64,000 nt of DNA from Antedon mediterranea (taxonomy: Eukaryota; Animalia; Echinodermata), in the NCBI RefSeq assembly GCF_964355755.1, contig NC_092680.1, positions 22,019,045 to 22,083,044 of the forward strand, given 5' to 3'. Below, piece by piece: positions 26,701 to 38,300 of this stretch. How positions within the stretch are numbered: the stretch's first letter is position 1; each line of letters opens with the position of its first letter. Position numbers and translations under genes: made by a program. The notes beneath the pieces are model-generated. The model made no database searches and had not been told where the DNA came from. It saw only the letters and a list, made by a program, of their open reading frames with translations.

Positions 26701-27041
26701 ATGTATGCACAAACAATGTATTGATCAAATTTGATTTACCTTTCTTCATATTCATTGTAAACATGGGTAATACGAACTTCCCCGTTGATTAGCTCCATCC
26801 AGAGGGCGTATTTTGGTTCTGTAAGGTCGCGGAATTCATGATAATACAATAGTGCATTGACCTCCACTGTCTTGAATCGAATCTGAGCACCGTGTTCATC
26901 TTTCGGTATCCATGGTACGGATATTTGGGCAAAAGATTGTTGAGGATTTATAAAAGTATATAGTCCATTTTGTTGTTGACAGAATACACGGGCGATGAGA
27001 TTAAGTAATATAAAGGTTACAAATATAGAACTTGATCGCAT
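4778..27041 (-). CDS. Axotactin-like / Caspr-neurexin superfamily type I membrane protein, multi-exon: SP-LamG-EGF-LamG-LamG-EGF-fibrinogen-like-LamG-EGF-LamG-EGF-LamG-TM-acidic tail
   Basis: Signal peptide MRSSSIFVTFILLNLIARVFC from ATG 27041. LamG motifs (IRFKT..NALLYY, LNDDVWHTV, FVGCIE, LSFRT, DGDWHLI, GFRT, DGCLAG). EGF exons at ~25325-25460, ~20030-20230, ~16280-16430 and ~8820-8950. Caspr-type fibrinogen-like segment (RTCGEYY..DIDGVG; HADHCQQDVKYWC) at 19230-19800. TM FVALLLSGVILLLLYC in exon ~6495-6643. Stop TGA at 4778-4780. GT-AG junctions that I checked were phase-compatible. Confidence 0.88.
8630..8780. repeat. Probable SINE-like interspersed repeat fragment in an intron
   Basis: GC-richer, hairpin-rich island (tcactaactcagttagtga; tggacca...tggtcca) beside a T-rich run inside an AT-rich intron. 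Family not established. Confidence 0.3.
9757..9880. mobile_element. Short foldback/MITE fragment
   Basis: Internal inverted repeat tgtgatgtgccca...tgggcacatcaca, preceded by taaagctctgtctacactatca. Confidence 0.5.
10230..10890 (+). mobile_element. Decayed non-LTR retrotransposon reverse-transcriptase fragment (frameshifted)
   Basis: NGVRQGG-like motif, LFNIYMDDL, LSYADDMVLIAPS and FNYLGH across two overlapping frames (10372-10644 and 10593-10889). Likely 3' tail aataaaagatgaatgaatgaatgaa at ~11805-11831. Confidence 0.9.
10999..11737 (+). mobile_element. 3' part of a Penelope-like retroelement: GIY-YIG endonuclease pseudogene plus pLTR
   Basis: Translation of 10999-11318 gives INCLTKNVIYLIYCNICGKQYVGETKNTLRMRMTQHRSAIK..PVAEHFNSAGHS..(stop)..PFGLN, the PLE GIY-YIG signature. 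Followed by a hammerhead motif and ends at a (TA)n run. Confidence 0.88.
11544..11584 (+). ncRNA. Minimal type I hammerhead ribozyme in the Penelope pLTR
   Basis: GCA-CUGAUGA-A-GGGC(uaguguu)GCUC-GAAA-GC-UC-UGC: intact CUGAUGA and GAAA cores, helix II, helix I GCA/UGC, and a palindromic AGCU helix III region. Confidence 0.75.
14176..15676. mobile_element. Non-autonomous P-element-type transposon with a 7-bp TSD, third nesting level
   Basis: Perfect 34-bp TIR CATGGATTAAAGAATAGAAGGATATGCATCGACG with CAT...ATG ends. TSD CTCTGAC at 14169-14175 and 15677-15683. Confidence 0.88.
15244..15432. mobile_element. Small degenerate hAT-type MITE inside the P-type element
   Basis: Ends CAATGGCGT / ACGCCACTG. 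A related partial copy lies at 51459-51571 (cagtggcgtaacgcagaggtctgaagcc...ctctgggcactg). No clear TSD. Confidence 0.6.
18200..19200. repeat. (ATG)n-derived low-complexity satellite in an intron
   Basis: Blocks of gtatgatgatagcatgatgacatg and gattgtatgatattatgttag. Confidence 0.95.
19490..19642 (+). mobile_element. Short interspersed repeat containing a hammerhead-like motif (PLE/retrozyme-related)
   Basis: CTC-CTGTGGA-C-GATCAA(agcata)TTGATC-GAAA-CG-TC-GAG at 19514-19553. A second, rearranged copy lies at 46684-46832. Confidence 0.6.
21892..22579. repeat. Intronic minisatellite, 76-bp unit x9, almost identical copies
   Basis: Unit tggatattattataaacggtacttgtttagatagagtttctcactgcaaacatctaggtgtgatgaaaccctatca with period 76 and no spacers. 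Confidence 0.97.
25860..26180. repeat. Degenerate minisatellite of ~25-bp units
   Basis: Repeated gtcgtcgcaatagtttcgagtgcttt variants. Confidence 0.9.
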
Positions 27042-27299
27042 ATTAGTGCTACCTGTTAAAAATGAAATGAATCGTTGCATATAATACAGTCACTCAAAGG
27101 CCATTGAAATCACTAAACTTCTGTATGGAATTGAATATTGAAAGATACACAGTATTGTCGTCAATAACAATATGATTTACCTTCTGGTATTATTAAGATA
27201 CACAGTAGTGCCGTCAATATCAATAGGATGTATTAAGATAACGTGAATTGAAAACCATTGACGTGTATTCTAAGGTTTAAACTTACTTTTAATATGATT

Positions 27300-28030
27300 T
27301 TGATCATCTGAGTCTTGCTCAATTACCACCAGAACGCTAATAATATCATTACAGTGTGCATGCTCTGCAGTGTGAACAAAATGGACTATGATCTTTTTTG
27401 TGGTTGTTCAATGATTATATCTTGTTTAGTTAGCACTTTATTGGTACCAATACGATATTTCGTTTACATATTTATTTAATTAATCTTAATTTAAATTTAG
27501 TTTCCCGCGTTAATAATAATAAACACAAAGGTCTATATATATTTAAGTTATATTAATCAAAGAGTCGCAAAAATGATTTTCCAATCCATGTTACGTTGAA
27601 CCTTAACACACTAGACAACAGATCACTTACACAAATACAGTACAAACGTTAAACTTAATAATATTAAACATTATATAATAATAATGGACGAAATGGAAAA
27701 TATATGTGACCTCTGTACAAAGTAAAATATTGGTAATATTATAAAAAGTTAAATCTCGTGATATCCATGCGTCACAATAATGTGTAGTTGTTGTTATTAC
27801 CAAAGGCATTTGTAGGCTGTATATTATAGTGAGTGTACACACTGTGAGTGTGCGGTATTTGTGCACCCTTTCAGCTTACGCACTGGCCCATAATGGCCTC
27901 TTTTATAATACATAGATTGTTAAGCATTAAACTCAACTGACGTCAGTTACTAAGAAAATTAACTCAAATCGTGCACTATATTATGACTAATGATTTTCTC
28001 GATCTACCAGTTGATCAGTATTACATGGTA
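27300..28030. promoter_or_regulatory. Divergent promoter region between the axotactin-like and LRR genes
   Basis: Non-coding exon donors face opposite ways (minus-strand donors near 27180 and 27286; plus-strand catg|gtaagt near 28027). TATA-like ttttataata at ~27900 and palindromic CRE aacTGACGTCAgtt at 27935-27948. Confidence 0.35.
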
Positions 28031-28846
28031 AGTTTACATCTTAAGTATATAGTTTATATTTGTGTATTTCAAAGTGCTTAAGTTGGTTAATTAAGGCATA
28101 CACCATGATTAAGGATGGATCGGAGGAATTAGTAATTCTTTCATGATTAAAGGCAGGTTAGGTATCAATCCCGTAAGTTGTGTAATTTAATCAACATCCG
28201 GGTACGAGAAAAAGTACATCGAATTATGTTTAATAATAATTAATGTTTTATTAGGTGTCATATTTAATTGGAAACCTGTGTTGTTAACAACCCGTCATTG
28301 ATTATGATATTAAGCCTACATTGTGTGTCGTCTAATTAATTTTGCTTGTGCTCGCAATTTCTGTTTATTAATTTTTTTTTATTATAGTTGCCGTTGTTGT
28401 CTAAGATTCGATAAGGCCTATATAATTTGAAATAAAGCATAAATTTTGTTGTTAAGTAATAGTATACACATAACAGATGTCTATGAGTTGGATGGTGACA
28501 ATATGAGTTGAAAAATTGCGTGGTCTATTGTTAACGATTCTGAGCCGAGTTGAAAATCAACAAAAAATCAATATATTGTACCGAAGAGTGTTAGCTAAAC
28601 TCTCTGCAATTTCCTTCTGGTTGTTTTAATTTATCGTTTTGACTTTTATAATAATTTACAGGAGGTTGAGTAACTAGTCAATACAGTGTGATACAGTTGG
28701 TTATAGTCATAACTACGTGTTCATGATTAAGCAGATTTGTTTCATATAAAATATAAGTATAAAAGAAGGTTTTTTTTTTATGACGTGTAGAGAAGATATA
28801 CACTCTTATTAATAAAAACATGTTTGTTGTTCATTGCAGCTTAAAG

Positions 28847-30802
28847 ATGTCTGCTGGATCCAGGAAGAAGATACTTAGTGCCAATTTAAGTTTTTGGTAC
28901 ATGGTTATTACCATAATATTATTCACCAAAGCGCATGGATGCATCATTGTGGATGGTGTCTGTGATTGCAGAAATCAAGATCTTATAGATATTGATTGCA
29001 CCGGAGCAACAACAATACTATTAGAAAACAATGATCTGTCACGAGATAGTTGGCCAAGTAATCTTAATCTTTCAACGACAAACATCGTCAATGTTTCATT
29101 GTCTGAAAATGAACTTACAGAAATACCAACTGACTATTTGCCAGTTAATCTAGAAACGCTGATAGTATCTAACAACAAAATTGAACGTATCAAGACCAAT
29201 CAGTTATCAGCTTTTAAGAAACTGAAAGTTCTAAAGATGTCAAATAATAGTATTTCAGAAATTGATGTTGATGCATTTGATGGACTTTGTCATTTGAAAG
29301 AGCTTATATTAGATGGAAATAGATTGAGGAATTTGAAAAACATAACTGCTGCGGTCAGGAAAGCACCCATGCTGTCTATAGTGAACTTATCGCAAAATAA
29401 CTTTAAACATATTTTCATACCAACAGATTTAGAACATCTCCAAGTTTTAGACTTTGGAAACAATATGATATCTGATGTGTCTTTTTTCAGGTGCACATAT
29501 AATCTACCAAACCTGAAATTATTAAACCTTAACAACAATAACTTAACATCATTTCCAAAATCGATTGTGGACTCACTTCAAGATACAGACATTATGCTTG
29601 TAGGAAACCCACTCCGATGTGACTGTGATGTACTGTTACCACTTGTTTCATTTAATACTACAGGTGTAACATGTATGCGAAATTATACCGAGGTTAACAT
29701 GAACACCATATTGGTTCAAAATTGTCAATTTGAAGTTGACATGGAAACACAAAGTAGGCGTACAGTGTATTCTACAGGTTTAATCCTTTCTTCTGCTAGT
29801 TACGTCGGTATGCGATCATGTTCTGATGAACAATATTGCAGTAGATTTGTTGATTCAACAATAGTAAATGAATGTGACGAGATTACAGAGATTTGTTGGG
29901 ATTTACCAGACAGTTTGTGTGAAGAGACAGACGACTTGATACATACAACGGAACTTGGATATCTTAATTTGACTGAAGCAAGTCAGTTCAGTTTGAATGG
30001 TTATTACAATTACAAGGAATATCATACTTGTCATGAGATACACTTGTACACCATTAATGGTCGAGTTTATTTAAACAAAACAAATACAATAGGACATAAG
30101 AAAAACTGCGGATTCGTCGCTACACCCTGCAGCGATGCTAAAGAGGATAGTTTTGAGGGATGGAAAATTGTTGTTATCACTGTTTCTATTGCAATAGGGC
30201 TATCTATAGGCTTACTTGTAATTATGTTTATATGCAGAAGAAAACAACAAAAGTCTACATTGGAAAGAGCTGAAGGAGAGGTCAAAGGTCAAGATATAAG
30301 TTCACAATATAACAAGAAAAGTGTTCCTCATTATGTAACAAATGGATATCTAAGATTAAACGAGGTTGCATCACAATCTGTGAATCACGTGTATGACGAC
30401 TTAATGTGGAATGCACAAGAAGCCGAATCGCAAGGATATGCACCTTTGTTAGTAGACACATACGGGTATTTGATAGTCGAATCCAGAAACACGTCAGTTC
30501 TTGATAAACGGAATGGATATTACATGCTTCTTCCTCAAGAATCAAAAAACGAAATTCTTGTCGATATGGAGGGCTACTTAAGTGTAAACCTACCAATGCA
30601 AACAGTAGACCAGGGATATGTCTGTGTAACATTACGAAAAGATCAAGGTCATTTAGGTCAACTGATTTCAGATCCAAATATGTACATAAAGCTTGAGAGA
30701 GAAACTGACGATGAGACTCACATGTACGAAAAACTTATAACTGCATGGAAGCTTCTTAAATTTTGGCAGAATAAAGAGGAAGAACATTGCAATCAAAACT
30801 GA
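28847..30802 (+). CDS. LRR transmembrane receptor (SP, LRRNT, ~8 LRR, LRRCT, Cys-rich stalk, TM, Tyr-motif tail), single coding exon
   Basis: LxxLxLxxN repeats, GNPLRCDCD cap, TM IVVITVSIAIGLSIGLLVIMFIC followed by RRK. ATG 28820 lies in the acceptor tract (tcattgcag ends 28839), so ATG 28847 is the likelier start. Confidence 0.92.
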   Translation: MSAGSRKKILSANLSFWYMVITIILFTKAHGCIIVDGVCDCRNQDLIDIDCTGATTILLENNDLSRDSWPSNLNLSTTNIVNVSLSENELTEIPTDYLPVNLETLIVSNNKIERIKTNQLSAFKKLKVLKMSNNSISEIDVDAFDGLCHLKELILDGNRLRNLKNITAAVRKAPMLSIVNLSQNNFKHIFIPTDLEHLQVLDFGNNMISDVSFFRCTYNLPNLKLLNLNNNNLTSFPKSIVDSLQDTDIMLVGNPLRCDCDVLLPLVSFNTTGVTCMRNYTEVNMNTILVQNCQFEVDMETQSRRTVYSTGLILSSASYVGMRSCSDEQYCSRFVDSTIVNECDEITEICWDLPDSLCEETDDLIHTTELGYLNLTEASQFSLNGYYNYKEYHTCHEIHLYTINGRVYLNKTNTIGHKKNCGFVATPCSDAKEDSFEGWKIVVITVSIAIGLSIGLLVIMFICRRKQQKSTLERAEGEVKGQDISSQYNKKSVPHYVTNGYLRLNEVASQSVNHVYDDLMWNAQEAESQGYAPLLVDTYGYLIVESRNTSVLDKRNGYYMLLPQESKNEILVDMEGYLSVNLPMQTVDQGYVCVTLRKDQGHLGQLISDPNMYIKLERETDDETHMYEKLITAWKLLKFWQNKEEEHCNQN

Positions 30803-31165
30803 ACAAAAGCAACAATGTTTTAATCATTGCATTATACTTGTTTTAACAGATACATTTTTTTGTTAGATTTATCATGGAGTAATACATACAAACAGGAATA
30901 GTAATAGAATACATTCATTCATTTTGTAAATCATTTTGTCTATGAATCCATCCGTTTTATTTACGGTACGTACTTAAAGAGGAAGAATACAAAATTGAAC
31001 AAAAGCACTTTTATTAAAAATGTTTTAATCATTACATTATACTTGTTTAACAGATACATTTTTTAAATTAGATTTATGTGGTTAAACAAACAGAAATACT
31101 AGTAATAGAATAAATTCATCCATGTTGTTAATCAGTCTATAAATATCCATCCGTTTTGTTTACGT
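30775..31165 (+). repeat. Diverged ~200-bp tandem duplication covering the LRR gene stop codon and 3' UTR
   Basis: agaggaagaa...aactgaacaaaagc...tgttttaatcatt...acagatacatttttt...catccgtttt occurs at 30775-30965 and again at 30978-31165. Confidence 0.8.
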
Positions 31166-32370
31166 CTGTACTTTAATTATATAAGAATTGACATTGTATT
31201 TTGTAGACAAGTTTTATAAGTTTATCAATCAGCATGAATCACTTTCTTTACAATCGTAATAATGAAGTTTATAATCTATGGTGGCATATTTCCAAATATC
31301 GCTCCTCATTTAACTGGTTTCGCCCTGCAATATTAATTACAATTATCTCATTTCGTACCGCCCACTCCTAATAATCCATTATCGCTAATATGTTTATTTT
31401 TATTCTGTCTTCAGTGTTGATTAATCAACGAATAGTACTTTACTTAATAGAAATTTACTAATTTTAGCTAATGAATGTGTATTTGTCGGTTTGTCTGTAG
31501 TTTACCGATACCTTAATTAATTGCGGCTATGTTTGCCATTTTGAATGATCATCCATTATAGCCTCGAAATTGAGTCCAGATTTTAATGAAATCATCATCT
31601 ATATATAAGATTATTGTAAATAAACAATTTGTGTGTACTCTTTGTTCACTGTGTTTCTACTTGCCATTATCATCCTGTCAATTAGACTCAAACCAATGAC
31701 GTCGACATGTCGTGTTTTACAAGTCTGACGGACTTATACCTGTGAATCTTGTCTGGACTGACGAGTAAAAGTTTCTTAGATTCCCACCTTTTCTATTCAT
31801 ATATATTTTCTTATTTAAAAAATTGTTTTTAATCTCCATTGTGTTACATTTGGCACAAGGGGACCAGCCAATAGACAGATTGTTTTGGTTATTAGCTGTT
31901 GCACCAATAGGAATCAAATCTACGACTGTTTACTGTAAATGTGGTGTGCGACTGAATATGACTTTTTATTTAACCCTACACCGACAATGGACCTTCAGAA
32001 TTGCTGTGGTGGTGATATGTAATACACAATAGATTGCTATACGGTCACGTTCATTTGAACAAGTACAGTTACCTGGCCGAGTTGGACAACAAATATACCT
32101 AAAAGTAATGACCATGCATCGGTTGATTTGATTGGATGCTTGTTGAATCAGGAAATAATAAAAGATATTTGATTCGACCTTGATTTGGACGGAGGATTGC
32201 GATTACATGCACTCATTCTCTACACTCCATTGTGATAAGGTATTACTATATTGTTCACTGATCAGAGGCTGTTTTATTTGTCGATTCACTCAACCTGAAT
32301 TTAGTTCAAAACACCATTCCTTGGGTATTGTGTGTTATACCGTATTTTGTAGTTGTGTGAAGTTGTGGAG

Positions 32371-35300
32371 ATGCGTTGGCAGGCTCAATCACAGTGGGTT
32401 ATTATATCGATATTTCTTTTCACGGTGACTCCGTCTAACACCCAATGTGAGTATGATTATACAAATTATCTGAGTATTGCATAAGACACTTGGTTTACCT
32501 CATTTGCCTGATATATAAATAAAAATGAATAGGAACTCCCTGTTACAGGTATGTATGTATAAACGATGACGTAGGCCTGGTTTATACTGTGATTATGGAT
32601 GGATAAAGTGCTAAAAACACAAGTAATAGTAGTAGTGATGTTGTGTGACTGATTCTGAGAAGAAATCACTAGTTTACGATGCGTCTTGACTGTTTAAAGA
32701 ATGTAGGCCTAGGCATACGTGTTACGGATTCACTATGTTTATACAATATTTATACTGTTGTTACACGGTGGACCGAATGATTTACGTCAGTTGTTACCGT
32801 ACCGGTATTTACTGAACTGATGTGTATAGAGTTTTCTACAAATGTATTGACTATTAAACATATAACAATATTTAACATCTTGTAAGTGATACGTTGGAAT
32901 TAAATGCAAATTATTGTTATACCATTCTCCATGATATTATTTATATTGATATATTAATTGTCGGCAGAGTACGGTAATTCTAATAGAAAGCCATACTCTG
33001 GAAGTTGCCTCCCCATCGCAAATTGATTAGACCCTAGAAAAGACGATATAAACATATGAACGTTATGATGCCTAATATGAATAATTCCTGATTATGCAAA
33101 TGTGTGTTATTCGGGTGGCTGCTTTGCATTACAGGCACAATTTATTTAAACCAACTTTGTCCTTTCTCATGTTATCCAGGCAAATATGATACAAACATTT
33201 CATTCATGTGGCTTCTTTACATATGCCTTATATTTTAACCCAACTTCGTCTTGCATGATACAATGAATATTACAACCAGGTGGCTGCTTTACATAAATAT
33301 ACATATGTATATCCTTTCCCCTCTCATGATTCAAGAGTAGACATAAGACACAAGATTCATCAAACTTAAGTAACACACACTTTTCTCTTATTTGAGATAA
33401 TACAGTCTGCATATTATTGAATTCCAAACACTAAAAAAACATGTGAAATGATCATTGACTTTAGAAAAGATAAAACATAACATAGCTAAGATTGGTGATT
33501 ATAGGATCAATATAGTTTCACAGTGTAAATATTTAGGTACTGTCTTGGACGATAAACTTAATTGGACCTCCAATACAAAAAAAAAAGGACAGAAACGATT
33601 GTACATAATGCACCAATTACGTCAATTTAATATTGATCCAAAAAATAATTATAGCATTATATTATAATTCGACGATATCCATTGTGATTTATTTTTGTTT
33701 TATAATCTGGGGCGGCAGCCTTACAGCTAATGACATGGGTCTCTTAGAGAGAATTCGTAAAAAATCTTTTTTTTTTGTCTTATGTAGGATCGACCCACTT
33801 TTATTTCTTCATCAATAAAATGTTCGTTTACAATGCATGAATTCGTAAAAAATCTAATAAAAATAGCAAATTTAAACGACATCAAGTCTAAATATGTTGC
33901 GATCCTTAAAATGGTAGAGCGTATACTCATACAACCGTCTCATCCCTTATTTTTGGAATACGAAATTTGTCCGTATTAGATCTCTTTACACTCGCTGGTA
34001 GATATAGAAAGTCTTCCGGACTCCATAACACTATATAACAGCAAAACATCTAGATAAGATTAGTATAACTATAAACTGTGTTTCACTGTAGGCATCATGA
34101 CAATGTGTTGTTACTGGAATCTTTTGCCTGTATGCCTTTGTATCTTTTGATGTGTTTTTTATTATCGTATTGTTTATGTTATATTTAATCTTAAGAGCTT
34201 TGTCTGTGTACAAACAAGATTTAAATATTTTATATATTTGGTAATAAATGCTGTGCAAGCAGCGCATTCATCATTATTTTGTTTTGTCCTTCAGCTTTGG
34301 TAGGCGAGGTACCGTTCATAGTAGGTCTTTATCCTCCATAAAGGATATCCGTCTATTTGTCTGTCATAGTATTAAGTCGGATTAGTTCAATAAACATGTG
34401 AAAACAATTTTCCAACATTATTAAAAATGTAAACAAAATAGAAAAATGGAAGTATAATGATATATTACAAAAACAAAATCAACCAATAAATTGGAAGACT
34501 GACGAAGTCCGGTAGAGGGTAGGAATTATAGTAGGCCTATCAATAAAGAGGAGAAAGCTGATAATGTGTGCTGTAAAGTTATGTCATTAATGTACTGTGT
34601 TCATTTCATCCTGATATACAGGTGCACTGCATTTTAAATTCTTATTTATCTCCTAAACGTCATTCAAACATTATGATTTCCACCATTTCTTTTCTGTTAT
34701 GGCAGGATGGTTTGTTAGTGTTAGTGCAAAATCTGCATTTTCCCTTTCCATGTTGTTATTTAACAGATTGTTATCCCGAGTCTACCGGGCTAGAAGATGG
34801 TGATCACCAGTTGACTGCTTCAAGTGCTTCTGACAACTCTAATCCAGACAATGCCCGATATGACGTAATACAACCATTGGATTCCCAACAGATATCATGT
34901 TGGCAACCTGCTAGTACCGATGTATTTCCATGGATTCAAGTGGACTTTACCCAATTGTACGATATTGGGAGCATTCAGTTCCAAGAGTGCGGTGGTACCG
35001 AGTCTTCAAGCTCTAATGTCATACTAAATGGTGTGGAATACAGTCTAGACGCATCCAGTTTTCAACCATTTTTAGATTCAAACGGAGCTTTATTTGGAGT
35101 AAGGATTAATGTTTTGGTGTGTGTGTGCATTTTCTAAAGCATAATTCTAGGCCTATGGCATCGTGTGTGGTATTGTGACTTTTTCGATCAATGCTTTCAT
35201 CTTTATGTTTATTGCATGATCCCATCATCATTTTCACACTGTTTACTATAGACATACTTATTTAATATCCTAGAAGGTTCGTTTATTTAATTATTCCTAC

Positions 35301-38300
35301 GTCATCTGTACGGTTTCCGTTAAGCTTGGCTCCCACTCGGCGGACGCAACGAAAGGACGTTAGCCAACCGTAAGTAATTTGACAAATCACGACGCGTTGT
35401 ATCATCCGAATTGTCGCTTGTGATTGGTCGACTCGCTTGCGTACTTGCACCTACGTAGTTTCGTTGCTTCCAAGTGGGAACAAAGCGTTTAGGCCTATTA
35501 TTAACACATACAAGGCCCACTATCTAATTATGTTATTATTTATTTATTTTGTAATGGTTTTCACTATTCAAATTCTATTCTTATTTTGTCCAGCCCGTAC
35601 GAATTGATTCCTCGCAATTCGAAACACCCGTCGAATTTTGGAAACCGTTCGTAGCACGTCAACTAAAGTTGAATATTGGAAGCGGGTCAAAGTTCAGATT
35701 TGAAGTATTTGGATGTGCCCAGACATCTAATGACTGGTGTAAGTTAATGTGTTGTATGTCATTTAACCTAAGTATAGGAATATCACTCTTTTGATATTTT
35801 CATATGCATATGCTGTCTGAGTTGGCCTTTACATACTGTATAGGCATATGCGTTAGGTAACTTGTAATGGCGGTTGTATAACTTTAGCAATGAATAATCT
35901 TTATTCCAACTGTGAACTATACAATAGCATTGAAAGCATTGAAAGAGTTGACGATATAACAATGATGACGAAAGGCACATGCGTTTCTTGTTACGTCATT
36001 ATAGTTACGTCACTAGGCTACTGTACGGTAATGTTTCGATTGTAAGGGTTTGTATTGTAAAAAATGGATACGGTATAATTTGATGTGTAATGTAATTCTT
36101 TTTAAAATCAATTGTTTTTAAATTAGATTGTGATGGCGGAGTTATAGATACAAACGTTTCAGGTAAAATAACTTATTTATTGTTGCGAATCTTAATAGGC
36201 CTATATGTTTTTTTTTCTCTTTTGTGGCGTGAACCACCACCTTTATTCTTTCATAGCATAATTAAATACATTACAAATAAATCAGTAATATCTGTCTTCA
36301 TATGTTCTTTCTTTAATTATATTGTTTTCCGTTAATATTCTACATTTTTCTTTATATTTTTCTGCTCAAAAAAAAATATCAGTAATTTTTGTAAATTTTA
36401 GTTTTTCACATATTGTTTCCAATATTATCCTCCTGCTTTCATGGTTTGTTATTATTCACATTGTACACAGACAATATACATACCGTATTGTTTCATAGGC
36501 CTATATGTTAGCAGTAGGCCTGGTTCTACAAAACTTTCCAATGTCCTAGTAATTATAAGAAATACATTTTAAGCAGATCATTACAGCACGTCAACTAAAA
36601 TAGGATGGCATACGACTGAAGATTCGATTTCAAACCATCCGCAATTACTTTAATTGTGATGTTGGTATACAGTATAATCGAATTGAGATAATTTCTCCAC
36701 GCCTTAATTAACGTTCAATGGTATTGATCTTTAACTTTATAATAGCAATGAAAACAATGAAGTGTAGGCCTAATTAAATAATTATGAAGTTGATTGTTAT
36801 TTAACATTTGTGGACGACGACAGTGTCGCCAATTGAAATAATTGAATTAAAATGGAATATAATTTATTAAATTAACGTAATAAATAAGTAATTCATAAAG
36901 TAAAATATTCTAAAATACTGGGCTTTAGAATCAAATCTATCTTTATTTATCCTCTCAATAAAAACAAAACATGAAAAATAGGAGAATCTTTTTCTCTTTT
37001 TTTTTGCTCTTTCTTTTTTTAAAAACATGCTTTTTAGATTTGTTTAAATTATTAAAATAATTTTTCTATGAGCGTTTACCTTGAAATCAAACTGATTTTG
37101 CTAAATGTTGTTTTTAACATAGATGGATTGGTTTGCCCGTATTCTGTGACGGTGGATCTAGAACCTTCCACCTATGCTGCTGATTCAGAACTAACTGGCA
37201 ACGAAGCATGGCGAGCAAGTTTTAATGCGTCTGGAGGATGGAGACCATCGTCTGCTAACGATGACACTCAATGCTTATACATATCATTTCCATACAGATT
37301 GAGAGTTGAAGGAATTCTTGGACAATTTAACGGACGAGAACAATTGAATGATCATTTTTATTTTCAAAGTTCATATGATGGTAGTTCATGGAGCAGAAGT
37401 AAAAATGTATGTAGTCCAAACAGGAACAAAGTTTTTTGTTCTACATATATTAAACGACTGTCCTTTTTAATAGATCCCTCCTTTTCTGGAGGATTTTTTG
37501 AATAACTACATTGGATTTAATGTGAAATCATTACATTTTTAATAACACTGTAATACAAATGTGTGATAAGAAAGTTATGTACGATTGTGTATGTAAGTCA
37601 TGGTCGTAGTACTTTGTAATATTCTTGATTATCATGATTTTAGTTTTTACAGATTCCTCATGGAGCAATTCCATTTGATTAATAAGTTGTATACATACTG
37701 TATTGTATTGATTATAGATATTGAGCAGTGACGTAAGTGGTTGTACCAGGAGAACGTATTTCGATATTCCTGCGATAGCGCTACAGGTTCGTGTATGCTG
37801 GGTGTCACCTTCACGCTTGTTCTCTGGAAGACTTAGCGTGAACTTACTTGGATGTTTATATACAGGTAAAATTATTTTGCTGGGAAAAGTGAAGAAACTG
37901 GAGAGGTTGAAAAGGATAATGATGGTGATGACATGACTGATGAATGCAATGACGTTGAAGAAGATAATGATGTTGACAAAGATGATGACAAGGATGATGA
38001 TTATGACGATTAAAGTTATTTATTTGACTTTTTCTCAAACTGTTTCAGATTGTTTGACTCCTCTAAGAATCAATCAACAACAGAGGAATTTTAATGCTCT
38101 TATCGCCACCTCAAGTAATCAAGATAGCCGGCATGACGGAGTATCCTCAGCTATTGATGTTATAGGAAGACTTGGTCTTGGTTGGATCCCATCTTCTTCC
38201 GATGGCAGTCAGTACTTTGAAGTTTTTATTAGTGATCCACATATAATATACGCTTTATTACTACAAGGTTGTTCCTCAGAAGAGAAATGGGTCTTGTCGT

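Noticed and set aside
34295-34310. Candidate microexon after tttgtccttcag in GPCR intron 1
   Set aside because: Available donors give 5 or 14 nt, which break frame; exon 1 joins 34767 directly in phase.
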